Below, piece after piece: positions 30,645 through 41,400 of a DNA stretch of 64,000 nt. The translations under genes were made by a program, and so were the position numbers. Every line of letters begins with the position of its first letter. Position 1 is the first letter of the stretch. A model generated the notes under the pieces. It was given only the letters and a program-made list of their open reading frames with translations. It was not told the origin of the DNA and searched no databases. The DNA comes from Candidatus Helarchaeota archaeon (GTDB lineage: Archaea > Asgardarchaeota > Lokiarchaeia > Helarchaeales > RDOG01), in contig JAHPZH010000002.1 in NCBI GenBank assembly GCA_019058315.1, positions 1,069,910-1,133,909 on the forward strand, in the 5' to 3' direction.

Positions 30645-31796
30645 TTGAATTTAGAAATAAATCTGCTTGCAAAAAGAGATTATAACGAGCTAAAAAATCT
30701 CTATAATAAATTTATAAAATATTTAAGTGTTAACAAAGACCAAGATTACACTCCTTTTACTCTAGAATTTACTAAATATGATATTGAGAATTCTATCTCA
30801 GATGAAGGTTTTATCCTAGGTATTTATTCTGATAAAAAGCTAATTGGAACTATAGGAGCAAATTTAATCCCTGTTATGTTTCAAAATTCTAAATTAATAA
30901 GCTGTACTATTACTTTATATGCTATAGATCCTGACTTTCTCCCATTATCAAAAGATACACAATTAAAGATTTATCAAACCATTATTGATAAAATAAAAGA
31001 GACTCAATCTGATTTCATTTGGATAGTCTTTGACTTAGGAACTAGTTTTGGGGAATATAAAGTCTTCAGAGATGACCTAGATTTTGTAAAGATAAATCCA
31101 AATGTGGAACCTTTAACCAAATTATTGGGAAGCTATGGTATTGATATACTTAAAAAGAAGAAAGGCTTAAGTGCAGTGCTTGCACAATTAGCTAAATTGA
31201 TGGCAAAAATGCAAAAAATCTCCCTTCCCAGTGGAAATATTCGAGAAGCAACTCCTGAAGATTATCCTCAAATTGTTGAATTATTAAATGGGTATTCAGA
31301 AATATTGGATATCGCACAGATCTGGACCGTGGAATCGTTTAAAAAATATCTCGAAATTAGCTCACAAGTAAATAATATCGATCATTCATACTTGGAGGCG
31401 GAATATCCAGATACAAATTGTGGTTTTTTTATCAAAGTTTGGGAATGTGAAAATAAAATTGTTGCTGTATTAACTTATCGAGTAATGGGAGTACAATTTA
31501 AAAAAGGCAAAGCACCGTTATGTTATTGGGATTACCTTGTATTTTCTCAAAATTTAACTATGGATGATAAAAAAGCCTTCATTGTTAATATGTATAACGA
31601 AGTCTATCATAAAGCAAGTACAATTACAGCATTTTTTCCTTATTATGAAGCCAAAGCTCTAAAAAAATCTGGATTCATGTCAAGCCAAATGAAAACTCCT
31701 ATGTACATCTACCCGATAACAGAAAATGGCAAAAAACTTCTTGAACTTAAAAAAATCTCAAAGTTCTATTTGCCATATATAGGTTTTCTTATCTAA
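30645..31796 (+). CDS. Tandem-GNAT acyltransferase, N-myristoyltransferase-like
   Basis: KLIGTIGA..IPV.F; IREATPEDYPQIVELLNGY...DIAQIWT.ESF; hydrophobic C-terminus IGFLI. Confidence 0.7.
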   Translation: MNLEINLLAKRDYNELKNLYNKFIKYLSVNKDQDYTPFTLEFTKYDIENSISDEGFILGIYSDKKLIGTIGANLIPVMFQNSKLISCTITLYAIDPDFLPLSKDTQLKIYQTIIDKIKETQSDFIWIVFDLGTSFGEYKVFRDDLDFVKINPNVEPLTKLLGSYGIDILKKKKGLSAVLAQLAKLMAKMQKISLPSGNIREATPEDYPQIVELLNGYSEILDIAQIWTVESFKKYLEISSQVNNIDHSYLEAEYPDTNCGFFIKVWECENKIVAVLTYRVMGVQFKKGKAPLCYWDYLVFSQNLTMDDKKAFIVNMYNEVYHKASTITAFFPYYEAKALKKSGFMSSQMKTPMYIYPITENGKKLLELKKISKFYLPYIGFLI

Positions 31797-31818
31797 ATCA
31801 ATATAGGATGTTATTTAT

Positions 31819-32553
31819 ATCTGTGAACTTCTAGCTTTATCTTCTAATAAAAAAAGAGAAATTGAAGAAATATATTTAGAATTTAGATCTCATTCTGACT
31901 TTCATAAAGATGGTTGGGGAATTGCATTCCATGAACCTCGAACTTTTAACATTATAAAAGAAGCCAAACCTGCTTATCAAAGTAACCTATCAGAATATAT
32001 GGCTAAATATATCAAAAGCCATTTAATTATAGCACACATTAGAAAAGCATCTCGAGGAAAGGTCACCTTAAGAAATACACATCCATTTCAACGTGAATTA
32101 TTTGGAAAATCTTGGGTTTTTGCTCATAATGGAACTGTATTTGAGAGACCTGAATTAAGAAATTTTACCTTATCACACTATTTTCCAATCGGAACAACCG
32201 ATTCTGAATTGGCTTTTTGTTATATACTTAATAAATTAAAAGATAAAGGATATGATTTAACATTTGAACAAACACTCAATTTGATAATAGATTCAATTAA
32301 TGCAATTGATGTAGGTGCCTTTGGTTTTAATTTCTTAATGTCCGATTCGCAAAATCTTTATGTATATCGAGGGAAACGTGGTCCAACTCTTCATTATATT
32401 CATTTATCGAACGAAAATTCTGATAAATTAATAATCGTATCCACTAAGAAGCTTAAAAAAATCGGTGTTAATAAGGAATGGATTCGGATGAGGCGAGGGC
32501 AATTTTTAACTATTAAAGAGGGGTTAATAATTAAAGATTTAAATTTAAGATGA
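31819..32553 (+). CDS. Class II glutamine amidotransferase (YafJ/EgtC-like); ATC start
   Basis: The upstream frame reads (I)CELLALS...HKDGWGIA before AHIRKAS, NTHPF, FAHNG and GTTDSE. The Ntn Cys follows ATC 31819; in-frame TAG at 31804. Confidence 0.88.
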   Translation: MCELLALSSNKKREIEEIYLEFRSHSDFHKDGWGIAFHEPRTFNIIKEAKPAYQSNLSEYMAKYIKSHLIIAHIRKASRGKVTLRNTHPFQRELFGKSWVFAHNGTVFERPELRNFTLSHYFPIGTTDSELAFCYILNKLKDKGYDLTFEQTLNLIIDSINAIDVGAFGFNFLMSDSQNLYVYRGKRGPTLHYIHLSNENSDKLIIVSTKKLKKIGVNKEWIRMRRGQFLTIKEGLIIKDLNLR

Positions 32554-32578
32554 GTTTTTATTAAAATGGTGGTAAATT

Positions 32579-33730
32579 CTGGAATCAAATAATTATATTA
32601 GGGTCCAATCGATAGATTTTATTCGTGGGCTTGCAATTATATTAATGATCTGGGCTCATTTAATGTGGTGGCTTGTTGATAGGCGTATAATTTATGCTTA
32701 TTTTGGTTTTGGAAGCCCAATCGACATACAATTTTCATACACCGGCATCCCCTTATTTCTGCATCTTCTGGCTAATTACTATCCCGTTCCAGTATTTTTT
32801 ACATTAACTGGAATATCTTTAATCCTATCTATAGAAAATAAGAAATCAAGCGGTATAACCGACTCAAATATTAGGATATATGTAATAAAAAGAACTGCAA
32901 TTATTTTAATAATCAGTTATTTTGTTTTTAATTTATTAATAAAGGGACCAATTAGTGTCTTTTATCATTCCTTCAATATGCTCCATTTAATCGCTCTAGG
33001 GGGGCTGATTACTTATTTTTTGTTAAAATTTTCAAAAAAAATTCGTCTGGTAATAGCATCTATTATTTTAATAATCAGTCCTTTTATTCAAATTTTATTT
33101 AATTACGAGGAAATTCATTATCTATATCCTGTTCAAGGTGGAATTCTAAGCAATATGATTTATTCAGGAGAATTCCCAATATTTCCATGGCTTTTTTTTG
33201 TAATAATTGGGTCAATATTTGGAGAATTACTAAACGAAGCGTCAATAAATGAGAAAATTATTCCATTTTTGAAAAAAGAATTAATTTTAGGAATAATATT
33301 CACCATTTTAGGTGTAATAATTACTATATTTAATTATCCGCCTTTCACGTCATTTGAAAAATATCCATGCTCAATCCCTTATATTGTTTTTTTTACGGGA
33401 ACTGTCTTAATTACTCTCTCATTAACTTATTATTTCTTTGATTATCGAAAGAAAAAAGCCGGTTTTAGCGAACCTTTTATTCTCTATGGCACTTTTTCAT
33501 TAACAATTTTTATTGGCCATTATTATATAGGGTATAGACTGACAAAAATACTAGGAATTTATGAGAAATTTTCATATAGTTCCGCAGGAATTTTGACTTT
33601 AAGTTTTTACCTCACCTGTTGGGTGTTTTTAATAATTTGGGCAAATTATAATAATTACAAACTTTCTCTTGAATGGATTATGAAGAAAATAAGTTATAGA
33701 CATTTTAAAAAGAATGGAAAAGAAGAATAA
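32579..33730 (+). CDS. DUF1624 / heparan-alpha-glucosaminide N-acetyltransferase-like membrane protein; CTG (or ATT) start
   Basis: The family motif RVQSIDFIRGLAIILMI..H lies upstream of ATG 32645; also FPIFPW, SL..F..HY, LEW; in-frame TAA at 32573. Confidence 0.8.
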   Translation: MESNNYIRVQSIDFIRGLAIILMIWAHLMWWLVDRRIIYAYFGFGSPIDIQFSYTGIPLFLHLLANYYPVPVFFTLTGISLILSIENKKSSGITDSNIRIYVIKRTAIILIISYFVFNLLIKGPISVFYHSFNMLHLIALGGLITYFLLKFSKKIRLVIASIILIISPFIQILFNYEEIHYLYPVQGGILSNMIYSGEFPIFPWLFFVIIGSIFGELLNEASINEKIIPFLKKELILGIIFTILGVIITIFNYPPFTSFEKYPCSIPYIVFFTGTVLITLSLTYYFFDYRKKKAGFSEPFILYGTFSLTIFIGHYYIGYRLTKILGIYEKFSYSSAGILTLSFYLTCWVFLIIWANYNNYKLSLEWIMKKISYRHFKKNGKEE

Positions 33731-33735
33731 ATCTT

Positions 33736-35283
33736 TCAATTATCAGATTTTGCTTTAATATATTCATTAATTATGCCTTTTTTCCTAATCTCCAGTTCAA
33801 TAAAATCCCATGGTAAATCGAAATCCAATTTATAAGTTTTAGGAGTAAAATCGGAATCTTTTAATGCTTTATTCCAAGCTCCTAACCCTCCACCTAATTT
33901 AGCCACCATAGATATTATATCTCCAAATTTTGTATCTCCCAGAGATAGATAAGTTTGAATTCTAGCCCATCGAGGATCTAAAAAATTAGTTTTGACTTTT
34001 AAAATTTTCTTTAATTCTTTTATTTTATTTCTTAATATTTCTAAATCAATACTAGATTCCCATTGAAATGGTGTATGTGGTTTGGGAATGAAACTATTTA
34101 TACTCAATTTTAAATTAGATTCTCTAAAACCTCCTTGAATTACTTTTTGAACTAAATTTCCAATTGCTTCTACGTCTTCTGAAGTTTCTGAAGGTAAATT
34201 TAACATAAAATATAATTTCAAGTTCACAATTCCATTTTGTTTAACATTATATATGGCTGTAAGAACATCATTTATTGAAAAACCTTTATGAATAACTTTT
34301 AATAATCTCTCGGAGCCAACTTCCGGAGCCAATGTTAATGATTTCTGATTTCCTTTCTTTAATGCTTGAAGTAAGTCATCAGTAATGCAATCTACTCTCA
34401 AAGACGGAAGGGATAATTCTAAACCATTATTTACAATATACCAACAAATATCTTCTAAATTAGGATGATCAGACAATCCAGATCCAATTAATGATACTTT
34501 TTTTAATTGGGTAATTTCAATTCCTTCAGAAATTATCTGTTGGATCTGTTTGAATGACCGAAACCTAATAGGTCGTCCTTGATAACCTATTAAACAAAAT
34601 CTACAACCTCTATTACATCCTCTAGAAATTTCTAATAGAAATGATTTTCCAAGACTTGGAAAAAAAGGACTTTTAGGTTCGACTTGTGGCACAATTTGGC
34701 TGATTGAATGGGGACAATTATCTAAATTAGGTTCATAAATTTTTTTAACTTTGCCTTTAACATATTCAGGGACATAAAATCCTTCAAAACTTGCACATTG
34801 CTCCAAAAAATCTCGTTTATCATTTGCATTATTATAAGTATCTACAATTTTTTTTGCAACTGGCTCGAAATCTCCGATTACAAATAAATCAATAAAGGAA
34901 CTTAAAGGTAATGGATTTACCGAAAGAGGACCTCCTGCAATTAAAATTGGATGTGTTGTGTCTCTTTCTTTAGAATAAATGGGTATATTTGTTTTTAATA
35001 GAATTTTGAGTAAATTTATGTAATTTATTTCGAAATGTAAAGAAAAGGCTATAAAATCAAAACTTTCCAAACGTTGGTTAGATTCTAATGAGTAAGGGGC
35101 TGAATTATCAATTGGCAGGAATACTCGTTCACAAGATACATTTTCAAAAGAATTTAAAATATTATAAATTGTATGCATGGCTAAAGAACTCATTCCCACT
35201 CTATAAATTGAGGGAATACATAAGGCAAATTTAATTTTATTCCTTAAATCTTTTTTAATCGAATTAAATTCTAAAATTTTCAT
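33736..35283 (-). CDS. B12-binding-domain radical SAM protein (TIGR03960-like)
   Basis: YRVGMSSL, CERVF, EISRGCNRGCRFC, LPSLR.D, FIPKPHTPFQW, LPWDFI. Confidence 0.9.
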   Translation of the reverse strand: MKILEFNSIKKDLRNKIKFALCIPSIYRVGMSSLAMHTIYNILNSFENVSCERVFLPIDNSAPYSLESNQRLESFDFIAFSLHFEINYINLLKILLKTNIPIYSKERDTTHPILIAGGPLSVNPLPLSSFIDLFVIGDFEPVAKKIVDTYNNANDKRDFLEQCASFEGFYVPEYVKGKVKKIYEPNLDNCPHSISQIVPQVEPKSPFFPSLGKSFLLEISRGCNRGCRFCLIGYQGRPIRFRSFKQIQQIISEGIEITQLKKVSLIGSGLSDHPNLEDICWYIVNNGLELSLPSLRVDCITDDLLQALKKGNQKSLTLAPEVGSERLLKVIHKGFSINDVLTAIYNVKQNGIVNLKLYFMLNLPSETSEDVEAIGNLVQKVIQGGFRESNLKLSINSFIPKPHTPFQWESSIDLEILRNKIKELKKILKVKTNFLDPRWARIQTYLSLGDTKFGDIISMVAKLGGGLGAWNKALKDSDFTPKTYKLDFDLPWDFIELEIRKKGIINEYIKAKSDN

Positions 35284-35443
35284 CAATTTTACTCCAAATT
35301 AATATACGATTGTATCAAATTCTATAAATTATTAGTTAAAATTAGAATATCGTAAAGTTGAAATTCTATTGTTAGTTTCTGATATTACTAAGATTAAAAA
35401 CTAATTATTATTTATAATGGTTAGCTAATGGACATGTCTTTGA

Positions 35444-38400
35444 TTGATTTATATGAATGGTAGTGTTAACTTAATAAAAAGGTGCTCTTTTAGGAAAAGG
35501 GCTGCATTAATGATTACTTTGTTTTTAATGATAACTAATTTTATTATCCCCATTGTTATAGAATCAAGCAAAAATTCGGAAAACTATGTTCAAGATTTTA
35601 TTAATCTCGATAATTTTAATACTCCTAAAAAAAAGAATCCAATTACAGACCCAAATATACCTCTGAAGACTTTAAGTAATGGGGAATTTACAGGATATGG
35701 AAATAATAGATCAGTTACTGCATTTTTTGACAGTTACGGTTCTACTAATGGGAATAGCACTAATTTAGAAATTGATACAAATGGATGGGACTTTTCGGCT
35801 ATAAATTTTACAATTGATCAACTTACAGCCTACAACCATACTAAAATTCTTGAGGATCAAGCCAGCTTCTCTTATGATGTAGCAACTGACCTATATTTAA
35901 TGTCTTTTAACATTTCGCAAGATGCTAATTTAACAAAAATAAGTTTTCTATTAAGAAGTCAAGCAGATAACACGACAATCTTTATATATTCTGCAAATGC
36001 AAGTTTAGCTCCCGATTCAGTTCTCTATAAAATAAATACCAGTGGATTTGATGCTGGATTAGGAAGCGGAACTTGGATTAATTTTACACTAACAGAAAAT
36101 AATTCCTTACAGCTTAGTCAAACAAATAATGGAACTTTTTTTATTGGTATTAATAGAACAGTCTCTACTTTACAATGGAGAGGTGAAAATGATGGAGTTG
36201 ATGGAGGAAAAGTATTTCGACAAGTAGGGATCGTTTGGGAAGAAGATCCAGGTATAGATTTAACATTAAAATTAAAATTTACTCCTTTAAATGAGACACC
36301 AAATCCAACTGATGTTAATTTAAGGATAAATGGACAAAGCGTGCTAAATAATTTCACATGGAAAAATAATTCGCGGTTAAATGCTACGGGATCTGCTGTT
36401 ATTTTCGATATAGATTCCTCATGGGGCAATTTAACTTATAGAGCAAATTGGACCGCTAATTTAATTCAAAATTTAAATGGAATAACAAATTTTTCTGCTA
36501 ACGCGACTCAAAATATCGTGAACTGGAATATATCTATTTCAAATTTAGATTTTGGAGCAATATCTTCAAACAAACAAATTAATGTAAGTTTACCAATAAG
36601 CTGGAATATTAGCACAGTATTTAGAGATTCGACTCCATATGGAAATTTTGATAATGTAACAGAAAATAATTTAAAAATATTAAGGATTTTTGACCCACCA
36701 AATTCGAGTTGGAATATTGGTGCAGAATCTCAAAATTATATTACTTCAATAAAATTATATAAAGGGAGTAATGAAGTAAATTCTTCTATAATGTTCGAAC
36801 AAATTACCGTAAATGGTTCTTTAAAGAACAAATGCTTTGATACTTCAAACTTAACAATAATACTTGGTGGAGTGGAGAAGAATACAACTATTCTTACCCC
36901 TAATGAAAATATCTCAATTGATGTGGTACTCAATGATAGTTTCGGGATTGTAACAAATGGAAATTACACTTTTAGATTGACATTCAATAATGGAACCGAT
37001 GTTGGTTTAAATCAGACATATCTTTATGTTTTAAATAAAACTTATTTGAATGATATTTCTCCAGAAGCGCAAAGAACAATATATTATTCTGGTGCAATAC
37101 TAAATATTACAGTTAATTTCACCATGTCTTATTGGGATGGTTTAAACTTTACCGAACAACCAATTGATAATCTAAGCGGCGGTAATATAACTTATAATCT
37201 GCCTGAAATCACCGGAAATAATTGGATACCACTTAATTTTAATCCTACGAAGAAGATTTGGACAATAACGATTTTATTAAACATGGATATTGGTAAATAT
37301 ACCATTTATGTTAATGCATCAAAGAATGGTGCTGAGTACCAATCTTTTTCTAGAACTATAGAAATAATTTATTTTAACGGTACCATTAAAGGGAATGGTG
37401 ATCAACGACCAATAATAATTCAAGGTTATGAGAATGGTACATATCTATTCGGGGATGAATCAGAAATTCAATTACCTGTTCATGGTCATAATTTGACTTA
37501 CGCAAATTTTACAATATTTAATTTATCTTCAATTAATAAGAAAATTCTTGAAACCAATATTAATTTTAATTCATATAATATCACAGAAAAGACATATGCG
37601 ATGAAATTTAATATTAGCGCACCATCGTTCATTACAAAAATTGGATTTCATCTTTATATAAATCATGCTACATTTACACAATTAACGAATTTAAATGTTT
37701 ATTTATGGAATGCTTCATGGACTGGTTCTCGTATTGAACCGGATAAAATAATATGGAATAATATAAATAACTTGGCTACTATTGGCCCACTTAATCAAAA
37801 AATATTCGAACTTAATATTCCCAATTTATTTTTAGATACCATTCTAACTAGCAATAATTCTTATTTTTTGACTCTTAACGGCACACCAGTAGGTTTACCC
37901 AACTTATCACCTAACTGGCTTTATACTAATGATAGTATAGACGGTATTAATAATGGTGAAGCCTATAACTTTACTGGAGGAAGTTGGACACTTCTTGATA
38001 AAGACTTTTGGATGAATGTAACTTTAATTGAATTTAAAAATGCTTCTCAACTTTCTTTAAATATTTCTAATATTCCCGTTTCTGATAATCCAAATTTAAA
38101 ATATTCTGGATTCTGGGAGTCCAGCAATACATTTCTTGCTGATTTAACTGGTAATGTAAGCCTTTCTGTCCAAGCAAATGAATCTGATATCAGTTATATT
38201 ATCAATTATACAATTATATATGAGAATAGTTCCGTTGACTCACTAACTAAATATTCTTTTAATGTTACTAAAAATGTTATTAAGTGGAATGTTAGCTTTA
38301 TTGCTGGTTTACCCGATAATGCATTCAACGGATCTATTAATATTACCTATCCAAAATCATGGAATGCCTCTTTAATTTATACACCAAATAAACTGAATTA

Positions 38401-41400
38401 TACCAACACAGAAATACTAAATTTGGGTAATTTAAAATTACTTCTGATAAAAAATATTAATTCTTCATACAATGGTAGTTGGAATTTAATATTTTATAGC
38501 AATAAAGTTATTAGTAATATTTGGATTTGGAACAATACGGGTGGGGGCTATCAGCAAGTCAATAACGCATATATAACTAATACTATTAAAATTAATGCTA
38601 CAGTTACAAATGCTATAAATGGTTGGGGAAACATTTCTATATTCAATTCAAAAGATACTTTGAATAATTTGATATCTTTAACTTCTCCTACACAAAATAG
38701 TGATTATGATTTTTCAGACTATACATTAATGGACAACCTAACGACTGATGGAAATTGTACGGTATTATTTTTATGGAGTAATGGAACTGAAGTATCAGCA
38801 GAACTGGAATTTCTTTATGTCCGAAATGTGAGTTCACTCGTTATAATTTCGCCAGAATCCCCGGAATTGCAAGGAAACTTAATTGAAGGAATTAAAGGTA
38901 GCACTTTTAATTTGACTCTATATTTTAATATGTCATATTGGGATAGTGGTTGGACTTCTGTAGCTATAAATGATTCACCTTCAACTTTAGTCTCTTATCA
39001 AACAAATAGTTTGGATATTGCAAATCCAACATCTGGGAATCTAACCTTTATCGGTAACGGAACGTGGACAAAGATATTTAATGTGCCTACAGTAAATGCA
39101 TCATATTACCTCTTTATTAATGCAAGCGGTGAAAACATTCGCGCAAGCAGTAGAAATTTTACTATAATTGTGTCTAATAGTTCTAATTTGGAATTAATAC
39201 CGCCTATACAATCAGTCTTTTGGGGTGAAAACGTGACTTTCTCCCTTAATTATACTGATCAAATTAGTGGCTCCCCAATTATTGGTGCAAATATAACTGA
39301 AGTTAATTATACAATATTTAGTTTAGCGCAATCGGGGTTGTTTTTAGAGAATATCAATTATACTACAACTTCACAAAACGGAATTTATAATATCACAATA
39401 ATTTCTAGAACACTTTTGAATTATACTTATAATATAACATTTAAAATTAATATAATCGGCTTCCAGACTCAATCACAAACTGGAACTTTATTTGTAAACA
39501 ACCGTTCAACAACATTAACACTCGTATTAGCACCAATACCCATTTTTCTAGGTGATAATGTTAGTTTTGTAATATTCTACGAAGATACAATTAACAATTC
39601 TGGAATTTCAGATGCAATAATTATGACAAATGCTTCAACATTGCTTGATTTTACGTTGAGCCAAGTAGCTGGTGAGCCAGGGAATTATAGTATAAATTTG
39701 GATTCTAGTAATTTCAATAATATAGGTACATTTTTAATAGAGTTTAATGCGTCTAAAAATCTCTATGATATTGCTTATCTAAATGTTTTTGTTCAAGTTT
39801 CTTTGTTTTATACAAATCTAACTCCAATTTCTGGAGTTAATGGAACAATATATGATTGGAATATCAGTGTTATGTTGAATTCTTCTCATAAAGTTCAAGT
39901 AAAATACTTAAATTTATGGGATAATAGCCCTGTTGAGGATGCTTTGATCGATGCTTATTTGGAAGACACACTATTATCTACTTCACAGCTAGGAAATGGA
40001 AACTATTCGATTACTTTAGATGCATCAGTAATTTCAAATCCTGACATCAATGAGAATTATACATTAAATGTAACTATGTATAAAACTGGATATGAAACCC
40101 AAACGATCAATATTACAGTTAAATTCGTCCCATTAACAACAATTTTAACCCCTATTCAAGATTATATTAATGCATCTCACAATGATGTAATTTCCATCGA
40201 TGTTATTCTAACTAATATTAATTTGGAAAATATTGCACCTAGTTTTGGGATAATTACTTATAATATTACTAATTCAAGTGGGGGGTATTACAAAAATGGG
40301 ACTCTGAATTATCAAACTGGATATTATACTGGTTCAGTTCAACTCTTATCAACCGAACTGGCAAATGGAACTTATGATATTATTGTCAATTTTAGCTCAA
40401 ATTATAATTTCTATTTGAATTCATCATGTACTATAGCATTAAATTTCTCTGTGGAAACACCCATAATTCCAACAGTAATAGAATTCGTAAATCTACCAAC
40501 GATTGTAAATGAGTCCAGTTATGTTGATATTATTATTAATGTAACAAATGCGCAAAAAACAGAGACGATACCATTCGGATTAGTCGAAATAACAATAATA
40601 GCTTCATTCGGGGATGGTTCAACTCAAACTAATATTATAAATACAAATACGAGTGCCTCAGGAGATGCCAATATATCCTATTTCGTCCCATACGAATCCA
40701 TCTCAATAAGTATAACTGCTAATTATTACGGCTCATCTCAATTTGAACAATCTTCGAATTCAACTAGTATTTTAGTTGTTCGTCAAAAAATAGATTTAAC
40801 TCTATTGTTATTGCCACCATTATTTGTTCCAGAAGGATTGCCATTATTTATAACTGGTCAAATTAAAACTACAAATGGCACTGTTCTAAATGGAACCATT
40901 GTTTTAAGCATATCTATCGCTTTATCAATCTCTTCATTACCCATATTACATACATTTAGTATTAATTTTACTCCGTCTTCAGATGGATTATTTATATTCA
41001 TCCTACCCATTCCTGAAAATATTTTTTCAGTATCAGTTTCAGCAACTTACTATGGAACAAGGGGATATAAAGTCGAAGCTTCTCCAAGAGCTGTTGCAAT
41101 ATTAAATGAACTTGAATATTTTATTCGTGAAAACTTCTTTTTACTTTTAATAATTTTCTTAATTATTGCACTAGTTATTATTGGGATAGTAACTTACTTT
41201 AAAGCTATCAGACCAAAAACAGAACCATTAACTGCAAAAAAGAAGAGGCTTATGAGTCAAAGAATGGAAACGACTAAAGAACTAGCTAAAATAACCAAAG
41301 AATTAGATAAATTGAGAAGCGATACCTTGATACAAGCACAGAAAGCAGAAAGAGATGGATTATATGAAGAAGCTGCAAAAGCTTATGAGAAGGTGGGTAA

